A DNA stretch of 64,000 nucleotides, from positions 258,861 through 322,860 of the forward strand of contig SCUE01000007.1 of the NCBI GenBank assembly GCA_004297775.1, given 5' to 3'. The translations under genes were made by a program, and so were the position numbers. Numbering within the stretch: the stretch's first letter is position 1; the number at the start of each line of letters is the position of its first letter. The notes under the pieces are model-generated. The model ran no database searches, was not told the origin of the DNA, and saw only the letters and a program-made list of their open reading frames with translations. The DNA is from Chloroflexota bacterium (lineage in GTDB: Bacteria > Chloroflexota > UBA6077 > FW602-bin22). This document shows, piece after piece, positions 1 through 8,970 of the stretch.

Positions 1-1
1 G

Positions 2-541
2 CTGTACGAGCGCGACCCCGAGAGTGATGGCTATCGCGCGATTCGCGGGTTGCCGCGCGGCGCCACGCGGGCAATCGCGACGCTTGCGGACCGACGTGTG
101 TTGGCGGGAATCGGCTCACACGTCTATGTCCGAGCGGACGGCTGGTCGAAACTCGGCACTCTACCCCTGTCCGGCACCGGCGATCCGCCGATCGTCACGG
201 GCTTCATCTCGGTCGGCGAGGGTCCGATCCTGGTCGCGACCGATCGAGGTCTCTTTTCGTCCGAGACCTGGCGACTCGTCCCTGAATTCGCCGACCTCGC
301 CGACGTCGAGATCGGCCCGGCGACGCGCGATCCGCGCGCGAGCAACCGTCTGTTCCTGGCCGTGTCGGACGTGGCGCACGCGGTCGCGTTCGCTCGCGTC
401 GGCATCGAGTTCGGCGCCGACGTCGAGTCGGTCGCCGACGATCGGACCGCGCTCGTCATCGGCGTGCTGTTCATCGTCGGCGCGATCCTCGCGGTCGCCT
501 ACCTGACGAAGCCGAGGCCACCGGCCGCCGGCCCATCGTGA
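2..541 (+). CDS. Partial (5'-truncated) beta-propeller/BNR-like protein with C-terminal TM anchor
   Basis: Frame is open from base 2; 'ILVATDRGLFSS' blade motif; hydrophobic helix then basic residues at the C-terminus. Confidence 0.55.
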   Translation: MYERDPESDGYRAIRGLPRGATRAIATLADRRVLAGIGSHVYVRADGWSKLGTLPLSGTGDPPIVTGFISVGEGPILVATDRGLFSSETWRLVPEFADLADVEIGPATRDPRASNRLFLAVSDVAHAVAFARVGIEFGADVESVADDRTALVIGVLFIVGAILAVAYLTKPRPPAAGPS

Positions 542-593
542 CGGAGCGATTTCGCCCGGACTCAGGTGGTACGATTGCGCGCCAGATGGTGCC

Positions 594-1553
594 GTGGTGT
601 CATACGTAGCCAGAACTCGCGCGATCGCCCCGGCTGGCCGCGGATTGGCCCGACGTCGTGAGGCGGTTGCCGGAATTCTCTGGGCGTCGCCCTGGCTCCT
701 GGGGTTCTTTCTCTTCACGTTCGGTCCGATGATCGCGTCCTTATTCCTGGCGTTCACCGACTTCACGCTCTCGGACCTGTCGCCAAACTGGGTCGGATTT
801 TCCAATTTCCAGCGCGCGCTGAGCGGCAAGGACGACCTCTTCTGGTCGTCGCTGCTTCGGACGCTCCGCTACGCGATCATCACAGTCCCGCTCGGCATCG
901 GCGGCGCGCTCTTAGCGGCGATCGCATTGAACCAGGGATTGCGCCTGACAACTCTGTTCCGGACGCTCTTCTTCCTGCCGTCGCTCACACCGGTCGTCGC
1001 GTCGGCCGTCATCTGGGCTTGGCTCTACAACGCCGATTGGGGCCTGCTCAACTACATGCTGTCACTCGTCGGCATTCAAGGGCCGAAGTGGATCTCCGAT
1101 TCCGACACCGCGATGATGTCGCTGATCATCGTCGCCCTTTGGGGCATCATCGGCGGCAACGTGATGATCATCTTCCTGGCTGGCCTTCAGGGTGTGCCAC
1201 GCGAATTACACGAGGCGGCCGAGATCGATGGCGCCAACACGCTGCAGCGCTTTCGCGCCGTCACACTGCCGATGATCTCCCCGACGATCTTCTTCAATCT
1301 CGTGATCGGCATCATCGCGGCGCTGAAGGTGTTCGCCGTCGCGGTCGTGATGACGAATGGCGGACCGAGTTACTCGACGTGGTTCTTCATTCTCCACCTC
1401 TACAACAACGCATTCCAGGCCTACGACATGGGGTACGCGTCGGCGCTGGCCTGGATTTTCATGGCCGTGGTCGTCACGCTCACGGTCGTGAATCTCCGGT
1501 TTTCGAATCGGTGGGTCTACTACGAAGGAGACAACCGCAAGGATGACCGCTAG
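594..1553 (+). CDS. Carbohydrate ABC transporter permease (MalF-type)
   Basis: EAA loop 'ELHEAAEIDGA', multiple TM helices, 'MGYASALAW'. Confidence 0.95.
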   Translation: MVSYVARTRAIAPAGRGLARRREAVAGILWASPWLLGFFLFTFGPMIASLFLAFTDFTLSDLSPNWVGFSNFQRALSGKDDLFWSSLLRTLRYAIITVPLGIGGALLAAIALNQGLRLTTLFRTLFFLPSLTPVVASAVIWAWLYNADWGLLNYMLSLVGIQGPKWISDSDTAMMSLIIVALWGIIGGNVMIIFLAGLQGVPRELHEAAEIDGANTLQRFRAVTLPMISPTIFFNLVIGIIAALKVFAVAVVMTNGGPSYSTWFFILHLYNNAFQAYDMGYASALAWIFMAVVVTLTVVNLRFSNRWVYYEGDNRKDDR

Positions 1554-2427
1554 AACCGGCGGCTTCGTTCGACCACTCGTCCTGTACGGCATTCTGATCG
1601 TGGCGTCGATCGCATTCATGATTCCATTCGTCTTCGCGGTTGGAACATCGCTGAAGCCGTTCCACCTGCTGCACGTATTTCCACCGCTCCTCCTTCCTCC
1701 GCTCGACGAGGCTCAATTCAGCAACTACTGGCGCATTTTCAACGTTCCGTATGTACCGTTCACGTCGTTTTATGTGAATACAGTCATCATCACCCTCGCG
1801 TCGATGCTTGGCGCAGTGCTCACCGGTACGGCGTCGGCCTACGGGTTCGCGCGATTCCGATGGCCGGGGCGCGACTTCTTTTTCGGCGTCCTCCTGGCGA
1901 CCCTCGTGCTGCCCGAGGAAGTCGTGATTATTCCGAAGTTCCTGATGTTTCACCTGATTCCGGATGCCCTCTTCGGCAAGACCTGGATCGACACGTGGTG
2001 GCCGCTGATCGTCCCGTCCTGGTTCGGGGGAGGCGCGTTCGCCGTGTTCCTACTCCGCCAGTTCTTCATGCAGATTCCGCGTGAATTGGACGAGGCCGCC
2101 GTCATCGATGGCGCGAACACGTGGGACATCTTCTGGAGCATCATCATTCCGCTCTCGAAGCCGGCTCTGGCGACCGTCGCGATCTTCTCCTTCCTGGGCC
2201 ACTGGAACGACTTCATTCACCCGCTCATTTACCTCAACTCGACCGAAATGTTCCCGCTTTCGGTCGGCTTGCGCTGGTTCCAGCAGCAGCCGACGGATCC
2301 GATCGAGCCACGCGAGAACCTGTTGATGGCTGCCTCGGTCCTGATGATTACGCCCGCGCTGCTCATCTTCTTCTCGATGCAGCGCTACTTCGTCCGCGGA
2401 ATCGTCATGACTGGAATCAAGGGCTGA
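1543..2427 (+). CDS. Carbohydrate ABC transporter permease (MalG-type)
   Basis: 'ELDEAAVIDGA', 'WNDF', C-terminal 'QRYFVRGIVMTGIKG'. Confidence 0.95.
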   Translation: MTARTGGFVRPLVLYGILIVASIAFMIPFVFAVGTSLKPFHLLHVFPPLLLPPLDEAQFSNYWRIFNVPYVPFTSFYVNTVIITLASMLGAVLTGTASAYGFARFRWPGRDFFFGVLLATLVLPEEVVIIPKFLMFHLIPDALFGKTWIDTWWPLIVPSWFGGGAFAVFLLRQFFMQIPRELDEAAVIDGANTWDIFWSIIIPLSKPALATVAIFSFLGHWNDFIHPLIYLNSTEMFPLSVGLRWFQQQPTDPIEPRENLLMAASVLMITPALLIFFSMQRYFVRGIVMTGIKG

Positions 2428-2488
2428 TCGATCCGCGCGATCGAGTATCCCTGGCGAGCGTTCCATCGAGGGGGCTAAGGTCAGCGCC

Positions 2489-3160
2489 ATGGCAATGATT
2501 TCGGAACGCGATCGGGAATACATCCGCCAGCATTTCGCCGAGAAGTTGACTGACGACGTCACCCTCGAGCTGTACACGCGACCCAAGCCACGCCTGCACG
2601 TCCCCGGTCGTGAGGCGTGCCTGTACTGCGCGGAGACGCGACAACTCGTCGAGGAGGTCGCGGATCTTTCCGATCGCGTCAACGTGGTCGTTCACGACGT
2701 GCTGGAGGAACCGAACGCCCTGGCCGATGCCGGAATCAGCGAGATTCCAGCCCTGGTGTTCAAGGGCAAGAACAAGGGAACGGTCCGATATTTCGGGATA
2801 CCGGCCGGCAACGAGTTCCGGAACCTGATCGACAATATCGTCGGTGTCGCCTCGGGCGAGAGCGGACTATCACTCGAGACCGAGGCCGCGCTGGCGACGC
2901 TCGCAAAGGATGTCCATCTACGCGTCTTCGTCACGCCCACCTGACCCCACTGTCCAGGGGTGGCCAGTCTGGCCCACCGAATGGCGATCGCCAGCGAACG
3001 CGTCACGGCCGATGTCATTGAGGCGAACGAATTCGCCGATCTATCGGATCGCTACGCCGTGCAAGGCGTGCCGAAGATTGTGATCAACGATCGGCGCCAG
3101 ATCGTTGGCTCCCGACCCGAAGCTGCCTTTCTGGCGGAGGTCCTCGCGGCGGTCGAGTAG
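2489..3160 (+). CDS. Selenocysteine-containing protein disulfide oxidoreductase (two thioredoxin folds, AhpF-NTD/PDO-like), Sec at TGA 2942-2944
   Basis: ORFs 2489-2944 and 2960-3160 share a frame; readthrough gives FVTPT-U-PHCP; N-terminal CLYC; cis-Pro loops 'IPAL' and 'VPKI'. Confidence 0.9.
2959..2978 (+). promoter_or_regulatory. Putative bacterial SECIS hairpin
   Basis: GGTGGCC-AGTCT-GGCCCACC stem-loop with one bulged C, starting 14 nt after the UGA; loop resembles the E. coli fdhF SECIS loop AGGUCU. Confidence 0.75.
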
Positions 3161-3195
3161 ACTGTCGCGAGCCTTCATTCAGGAGACAAGACGAC

Positions 3196-4416
3196 GTGAC
3201 AACGACGCGCGCGGTTGATTTCCGGACACTTCTCTCGACCCGAGCGCAGATCGGCCAGACCGCGCGCGGCACGATCGCCTCGACGACCCGCACCGTCCTC
3301 ACCCCGCTCTACGAGTTCGGCGGCGGGCGCCCCGACCCCGGCTCGTTCCCCTATGACGGCTTGGTTGACGCGACGGCCCGCATGATGAAGGAGGAGGGCG
3401 CCGACGCCCTCACTTACGGCGACGCCCTCGGCTACGCCGGCTTGCGCGACCTCGTGTGCCACAAGTACGAGCTCTTCGAGGGTCTCAAGGTCGAGCGCGA
3501 CAACATCCTGATCTCGAATGGTTCCAGCCACGCGCTCTCACTCGCGATCAGCGCGTTCGTCGACACCGGCGATCCGATGATCTGCGAGTCGCCGACTTTC
3601 TCGGGCACGCTGTCCACGATTCGACGGCATGGCCCGGAAGTGATCGGCGTCCCGGTCGACCGCGAGGGCATCGACACAAATGCGCTGCGGGAGAGGCTGG
3701 AAGCGTTGTGGCGAGCCGGCCGGCGATGCAAGCTCATCTACACGATCGTCAACTTCCAGAATCCTTCCGGTCCGACGATGACGATGCGGCGACGCCACGA
3801 GCTGCTGGCGCTGGCCCGCGAGTACGAGACTATGATCCTCGAGGACGACGCTTACGGCGAACTCCGCTTCGAGGGTGAGCAGCATCCATCGCTCTACGCG
3901 CTGGATGACTCCGGCTCCGTCATCCGGTCTGGCACCCTGTCGAAGATCCTCGGCGCGGGCGTCCGCCTCGGCTGGCTCTGCGCACCGAAGGATCTGGTCC
4001 CGGTCATGAACAGCTTCAACTTCGGTGGCGGCGTCAATCCGTTCATGTCTCGTGTGGCGACCTACTATATGCGCGACCACATGCCGTCGCACGTCGCGCT
4101 GCTGGTCGACGTCTATCGCAACAAGCGCGATGCAATGCGCCGTGGCCTTCTCGAAACGCTCGAAGGCACCGACGCGGACGTGAATAAGCCGGAGGGCGGC
4201 TTCTTCCTCTGGATCAAGCTGCCGACCGGGACCGATCGCGAGAAGCTCGCGACGCTCGCCGCCGAGGCGCGCGTTCAGTACGTTCCCGGCGGGTCGTTCT
4301 ACCCGAACGGGGGCGGCGAACGGTACATCCGGCTCGCCTACAGCTACGAGTCGGTCGAGAAGTGCTATGAGGGCGCGCGCTTGCTCGGCAACGCTATTCG
4401 CGGCGCGATGAGCTAG
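3196..4416 (+). CDS. PLP-dependent class I aminotransferase (LysN/MocR-enzyme-like)
   Basis: 'NFQNPSG', 'EDDAY', PLP-lysine motif 'GTLSKILGAGVRLGW'; RBS AGGAG. Confidence 0.92.
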   Translation: MTTTRAVDFRTLLSTRAQIGQTARGTIASTTRTVLTPLYEFGGGRPDPGSFPYDGLVDATARMMKEEGADALTYGDALGYAGLRDLVCHKYELFEGLKVERDNILISNGSSHALSLAISAFVDTGDPMICESPTFSGTLSTIRRHGPEVIGVPVDREGIDTNALRERLEALWRAGRRCKLIYTIVNFQNPSGPTMTMRRRHELLALAREYETMILEDDAYGELRFEGEQHPSLYALDDSGSVIRSGTLSKILGAGVRLGWLCAPKDLVPVMNSFNFGGGVNPFMSRVATYYMRDHMPSHVALLVDVYRNKRDAMRRGLLETLEGTDADVNKPEGGFFLWIKLPTGTDREKLATLAAEARVQYVPGGSFYPNGGGERYIRLAYSYESVEKCYEGARLLGNAIRGAMS

Positions 4417-4889
4417 ACGCCAAGCACCTGGATCACGATTTCGCGCGGGCGGGGGCCGTCGAGTTCGACGAAGAACACACGCTGCCACCGCCCGAGTTGC
4501 AGGTCGCCGCCGACAATTGGAATGCATTCGCTCGCGCCGACCATCAGGCGCTGACAATGAGCGTGTCCGTTGACGCGCTCGTTCGGCTCGACATTGACCG
4601 TTCGGACGGTGAGGTCGTCGTGCATGTAGGCGCGGCCACGCGGCGCAAACTCTTCGAGCCGGCGGCGCAAGTCCTCCAGTAGGAGGGGCTCGGCCTCATT
4701 GATCATGACGCCGGCCGTCGTGTGCGACGCGTAGACAATTGCCATTCCGTCGCGAACGCCGGAATCGCGCGCGAGCGCCTCGACATCGGCGGTCACGTCG
4801 ATGAAGTCGGTCGGACGAACGGACAGCACCGGGATTCGACGCGACCGCGTCTGGAATGCCGCCATCGACCGCGTGCTCGCCTCAGTCAT
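4413..4889 (-). CDS. yjbQ: YjbQ/UPF0047 family protein
   Basis: 'HTTAG..INE', 'NGHAH', 'LGRWQRVFFVELDGPRPR'. Confidence 0.9.
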   Translation of the reverse strand: MTEASTRSMAAFQTRSRRIPVLSVRPTDFIDVTADVEALARDSGVRDGMAIVYASHTTAGVMINEAEPLLLEDLRRRLEEFAPRGRAYMHDDLTVRTVNVEPNERVNGHAHCQRLMVGASECIPIVGGDLQLGRWQRVFFVELDGPRPREIVIQVLGV

Positions 4890-6216
4890 ACACCATCATC
4901 TCCAGTGGAACGTGGGAATTGCCGAACTCGCCTTCGATCAGCGCCACCAGCACTGCGCCCGCGCCGACCGCGCCACACAGGACAATCACGGCGCCGCCGG
5001 CGATCGGAATGCCCAGCAATGAACCGACCAACGCGCCGCCAACCAGCGTTGCCCGCGTCATGGATCCATCCCGCCGGATCGCCCGAAGCGCCCAGCGTCC
5101 GATCAGCATGCTGACGGCCGACGACCCCAGCCACCAGGCGAGCGCTAACGCCAGGGCCAGCAGACCCGCCAGCGGCGCACCGATCAGGCTGAGGCCAAGT
5201 GGAACGATCAGAAGCGGTCCGCACGATAGGCCGACCAGACCAACCAGCGACGATCCGCCCGGGGCGCCACGCAGCGTCGCCGCCGCCAAAACGACGATCC
5301 ACGGCACGACTGTGACCGCCGCGATCGCCAGAAGCAGTCCGGCCGCGGCACCGAGAAGCGTCAGGCGAATCCGGGCCAGGGCGGTGTTGGCGAGATTCGC
5401 GTCGGCGCCGAAGGCGTTGCCCGTCCACCGGAGTTCCTGCCCGGCAACGTTGCCGTGCACGACCGCGCCATCGGCCCGTAGGACCCTTCCGGACAGGGCG
5501 ACGACGTCGCGTTCGGCGATCGCGGTCGGCCCGAGGTAGATATTGCCTCCGACCGTCACGATGTCGTCGGTCGACCGCGCGTGAATCCGCGCATCACCCC
5601 ACACGACCATCAACGGCGCGCGAGTAGTTCCCTCGATGTCAGCATCGCCGCCGACGACCAGAAGCGTTCGATCAAGTGACTCACCGTACGGAACGTTGAA
5701 TCGACCGAGATGGACCGTCCCGCGACCAAGCGCCATCAACGGCACGAGGCTTGCCCCGAAGACGACCAGCGCCATCAACGTCACCAGGACGCGGCGACTT
5801 TCGAGCGGACCAGAACCGCGCGCTTCGCCGGTCGATGTCAGACGGTGCGAACGCGCCCGCATCGAGTGGTGCGCGCCAATCACGATCGCCGCCAGGACGA
5901 TCGCGGCGCTCGCCCCGGGAAGCCAATCAAGGTTCAAGTCGCCGACGATCTGGCGGCCGATGTTGGACGACACCGACTGCCCGATGACCGCCCACGAAAC
6001 GGCGCGGACGGCGGCTCGTGCGCTCGTGGCGCCATAGGCGGGCAACGCGGAAGCGCCGATCGATGCCGCGATGAGAGCCGCCAGAATCGCGAACGCCGGT
6101 CGAGACGCTCCGGCCACGAAGCGTCGGCGCTGCCGTGTGGAATCGGCCGCCGGCAGTCGTTCCAGGACGCTTCGAGTGAATCCGTCAGCGACCCGATCGT
6201 CGTTAGGCCGTGTCAT
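4882..6216 (-). CDS. Membrane protein with a bactofilin-like beta-helix segment; probable anti-sigma or partner of the upstream ECF sigma
   Basis: N-terminal 'DGFTRSVLERL' anti-sigma-like linker; repeats VVGGDADI/VVWGDARI/TVGGNIYL/ALSGRVL; C-terminal TM bundle; overlaps the sigma gene. Confidence 0.7.
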   Translation of the reverse strand: MTRPNDDRVADGFTRSVLERLPAADSTRQRRRFVAGASRPAFAILAALIAASIGASALPAYGATSARAAVRAVSWAVIGQSVSSNIGRQIVGDLNLDWLPGASAAIVLAAIVIGAHHSMRARSHRLTSTGEARGSGPLESRRVLVTLMALVVFGASLVPLMALGRGTVHLGRFNVPYGESLDRTLLVVGGDADIEGTTRAPLMVVWGDARIHARSTDDIVTVGGNIYLGPTAIAERDVVALSGRVLRADGAVVHGNVAGQELRWTGNAFGADANLANTALARIRLTLLGAAAGLLLAIAAVTVVPWIVVLAAATLRGAPGGSSLVGLVGLSCGPLLIVPLGLSLIGAPLAGLLALALALAWWLGSSAVSMLIGRWALRAIRRDGSMTRATLVGGALVGSLLGIPIAGGAVIVLCGAVGAGAVLVALIEGEFGNSHVPLEMMVYD

Positions 6217-6766
6217 GGGCGGCCCTCCGTTCGGTGAGCGCGACGCCAATCATCTGGCGCGCCCGATACAGGCGCACTTTCACCGCCGCGAGCGAAACCT
6301 CGGTCGCCCGCGCGATCTCCTCGTAGGAAAGCTCGTGCCAATGGCGCAAAATAAGGACTTCGCGGTACTTGCCCGGCAATCCCGCGACGAGTTGGCGAAT
6401 CGTGTCATCTCGCTCGCGCATCAGCGCGGACACCTCGGGACCATCCTCAGTGTTGGCGCGCTCGGCGTGTGCAAACGCCTCATCGAGCGCGCCGACACGC
6501 CAATCTCGGCTGCGCAGCGCGCGGAAGCAGACGTTCTGAGCGATCGTCGCGATCCAGGTGTAGAAGCGAAAGCGCGAATCGTACGAATCGAGCGACACGT
6601 AGGCGCGAACAAAGGCATCCTGGGCCGCGTCTTCCGCATCACTGGTGTTTCGGAGGATTCGCCCTGTCAGACGCAAAACGGCGTCCTTATACCGATCGAC
6701 CAGCACGCCATACGCCGCATGCTCGCCGCGGCGGGCGCGCACAATCAACTCCTGGTCATCCAGCAT
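6203..6766 (-). CDS. ECF RNA polymerase sigma factor (SigW-like)
   Basis: 'DAEDAAQDAFVRAY', 'FYTWIATIA', region 4 'LSYEEIA...VKVRLYRAR'; start may be 6766, 6775 or 6790. Confidence 0.93.
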   Translation of the reverse strand: MLDDQELIVRARRGEHAAYGVLVDRYKDAVLRLTGRILRNTSDAEDAAQDAFVRAYVSLDSYDSRFRFYTWIATIAQNVCFRALRSRDWRVGALDEAFAHAERANTEDGPEVSALMRERDDTIRQLVAGLPGKYREVLILRHWHELSYEEIARATEVSLAAVKVRLYRARQMIGVALTERRAAHDTA

Positions 6767-6775
6767 TCGCGTCAT

Positions 6776-6803
6776 GTAGTCCACGGACATCGAGGAAGTT
6801 ACG
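6776..6803 (-). promoter_or_regulatory. Possible autoregulatory ECF promoter
   Basis: CGTAAC-N16-GACTAC directly upstream of the sigma gene; similar to SigX/SigW-type AAC-N16-CG(A/T). Confidence 0.4.
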
Positions 6804-6813
6804 CGATTCCTCT

Positions 6814-8007
6814 CTACCGGCTGGCGGAGCGCCCAGGCTGACGCACGCGGTACAGAGCATCCGCGACGACGTGCGCGTCGGCGTCGCTCAACTCGCGAAC
6901 GTCGATTCGCGCGGTCCACGGATCGAACCCCGGCATGATCGCGACCGGCGGATCCCCGGCCAGCAAGCGCGCGCAGAGATCCGCCGCGGTCACGCCCTCA
7001 TCCCGATCGAGCGTGAGGTGGACAGTCGGAAACGCTCGGCCCAGATGATCGCGCGCGACGAACTCGACCTCGGCGTCGGGCAACGCGACTAGTTGATCGT
7101 GCAGCCAGACCGTGCGCCGTTCGGCCGCGCGCCCGGCGGCGCGATGATCGCGCGCGACCCAGTGCTCGATCGCCGCGACGAGGCCGATCATCTCTTCCTT
7201 GCTCACTTTGCAGACACGGCCGATGCCCTGGGTCGGCGACGCTTGCGCGCGCGCCGCCGCGATGAGGTCGGCTCGGCCGGTCAGGAAACCCGATCCCTGG
7301 GGACCGCGCAGACCCTTTCCGCCGCTGAACGCGACGAGATCGGCGCCCGCGTCGGTGAATCGATGCAGGTTCTCGGGCGGCGGCAGCGTATTCGACGCGT
7401 CGATCAGGATCGGCACGCCATGGCGCCGAGCCAGGCCGATCACCTCCTCGGGCGACGGCGCATCCGGCGGATCGACGCCCATCCAGTAGATACCGACCGT
7501 CTCGGGAGTGATCGCCGCGTCGATGTCGTCGAGCGTCACGCCACTCGCGGTGCCAACCTCATCGAAGACGCCGCCGGCGCCACGCACCGCGTGCGCGTAG
7601 CCGTGATGGGTGAACTCTTCACCATCCGCGACACGCCGCTCCATCCGGCGAGCGACCCAGCGATGCTTCATCCCACGCGTATCCGGCAGCCGCGCCGATA
7701 GCACCGGATGTCCATTTGTCATGACCGCGGCCGCGCCGACCATCAACCCGGCGGCGCATCCGGACACGATGTAGCTCGCCTGGCCGTGCGTGTGGTGCGA
7801 AATCCGATCCGACGCCGCGTCAAGCAACTGTCCGACATCGACGTACGCGTCGACCGCCCGACGCATCGCGTCGGCGACCACCGGAAGGATCGATGCGCCC
7901 CCGAACCTGGTCCAGTGACACGTCGCGTTGATGACGCGACGCACGCCAAGCGCGGCGTACACATCGATCTCATCCCCGAGCACGGTCGCCGGCGCCAGGA
8001 GTTCCAT
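6814..8007 (-). CDS. SelA-like/DgaE-family PLP-dependent enzyme
   Basis: 'RRVINAT', 'FSGGKGLRGPQGSG', 'IGRVCKVSKEE'; lacks the SelA N-terminal tRNA-binding domain. Confidence 0.85.
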   Translation of the reverse strand: MELLAPATVLGDEIDVYAALGVRRVINATCHWTRFGGASILPVVADAMRRAVDAYVDVGQLLDAASDRISHHTHGQASYIVSGCAAGLMVGAAAVMTNGHPVLSARLPDTRGMKHRWVARRMERRVADGEEFTHHGYAHAVRGAGGVFDEVGTASGVTLDDIDAAITPETVGIYWMGVDPPDAPSPEEVIGLARRHGVPILIDASNTLPPPENLHRFTDAGADLVAFSGGKGLRGPQGSGFLTGRADLIAAARAQASPTQGIGRVCKVSKEEMIGLVAAIEHWVARDHRAAGRAAERRTVWLHDQLVALPDAEVEFVARDHLGRAFPTVHLTLDRDEGVTAADLCARLLAGDPPVAIMPGFDPWTARIDVRELSDADAHVVADALYRVRQPGRSASR

Positions 8008-8061
8008 CGCTCTTCCTCCGAATCGGGCGGCACTGCGCGCCGCGCGCCGTAGGATAGTGGC

Positions 8062-8913
8062 CTATTCGCTCGGACGATTCCGGCGGAAGAACTCCTCGAC
8101 GCCGCGAACGACATCCTCGGCTGGCGGCAAGGGCTCGATAGGCCGTGCACTCGCTTGGTCGTCGGGCGCGGCGCTCGCCTCGCTCGCGGATGACGACTTC
8201 TGGTCCGACTTCGCGATCGCCCGCGTCACCTGCTTCTCGAACGCGATCGCGGCGTCGTCGAGCTCGGCCAGATCAAGCTCCAGCTCGATCACATCACTGA
8301 TGACACGGAGAATCGCCGCGCACGCCTTCGGATTCGGCATCGCACCCGTGTAGTGCGGAATTGCCGCCCAGACGCTCAGGCACGGAATGTCCTGCCGAGC
8401 CATCTCGTCGGCGATCGCCGAGTGGATACTCGTCGGTCCCTCGTAGCCGCTCAACTGCACGCCGAGAGCTTCCAATCGGGCGCGCAGCTCCGGCGTGGTT
8501 GCGAACCCGGTCAGGAAGACCGGGCCAGTATGCGGGACGCTCGCCAGAAACGCGCCAATGAGAATGACCGGAGCCGCGCCGCCTTTCTCGCGCCACGCCG
8601 TGGCCACGCGCTGCGCGAACGACCGCCAGCGCAGCTGTGGCTCGGGACCAAGGAGGACCAGCGCATCGCGGGCGCCGCCCGAAGCCACCATCAGCGCCAG
8701 CGATGGCCACTGGATCCGGCGGTCGCCATCCGAGCCAACGCGCACCCAGGGCCGCGTCTCGGTGAGAACGAAGAACTCTTCGGGGTCGAATTCGATCTCG
8801 CGACGCGTGTCACGCTTCTGAATCAAGAAGGCAGCCGTCGTCGTAGCGACGCTGCTGGCGTCGCCCCAACCACTGAACGCCGCGACGAGATAGGGATCCG
8901 TCCAACGATCCAC
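8062..8913 (-). CDS. PAC2 (proteasome assembly chaperone) family protein
   Basis: 'AAFSGWGDA', 'GPEPQLRW', 'VPHT', 'YEGPT', 'WAAIPHY...PNPKA'. Confidence 0.9.
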   Translation of the reverse strand: MDRWTDPYLVAAFSGWGDASSVATTTAAFLIQKRDTRREIEFDPEEFFVLTETRPWVRVGSDGDRRIQWPSLALMVASGGARDALVLLGPEPQLRWRSFAQRVATAWREKGGAAPVILIGAFLASVPHTGPVFLTGFATTPELRARLEALGVQLSGYEGPTSIHSAIADEMARQDIPCLSVWAAIPHYTGAMPNPKACAAILRVISDVIELELDLAELDDAAIAFEKQVTRAIAKSDQKSSSASEASAAPDDQASARPIEPLPPAEDVVRGVEEFFRRNRPSE

Positions 8914-8970
8914 GATACAGACGATACCGCATTTCGACCCTTCTCGCGAAAGATCGCGGGCGTTGGCCGA

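Noticed and set aside
2942-2944. Pseudogene caused by a nonsense codon
   Set aside because: The TGA aligns with a catalytic Cys, the downstream frame is intact, and a SECIS-like hairpin follows
6814-8007. True selA near the selenoprotein gene
   Set aside because: Short, lacks the N-terminal tRNA-binding domain, and its motifs match the DgaE/SelA-like family; the proximity may be coincidental
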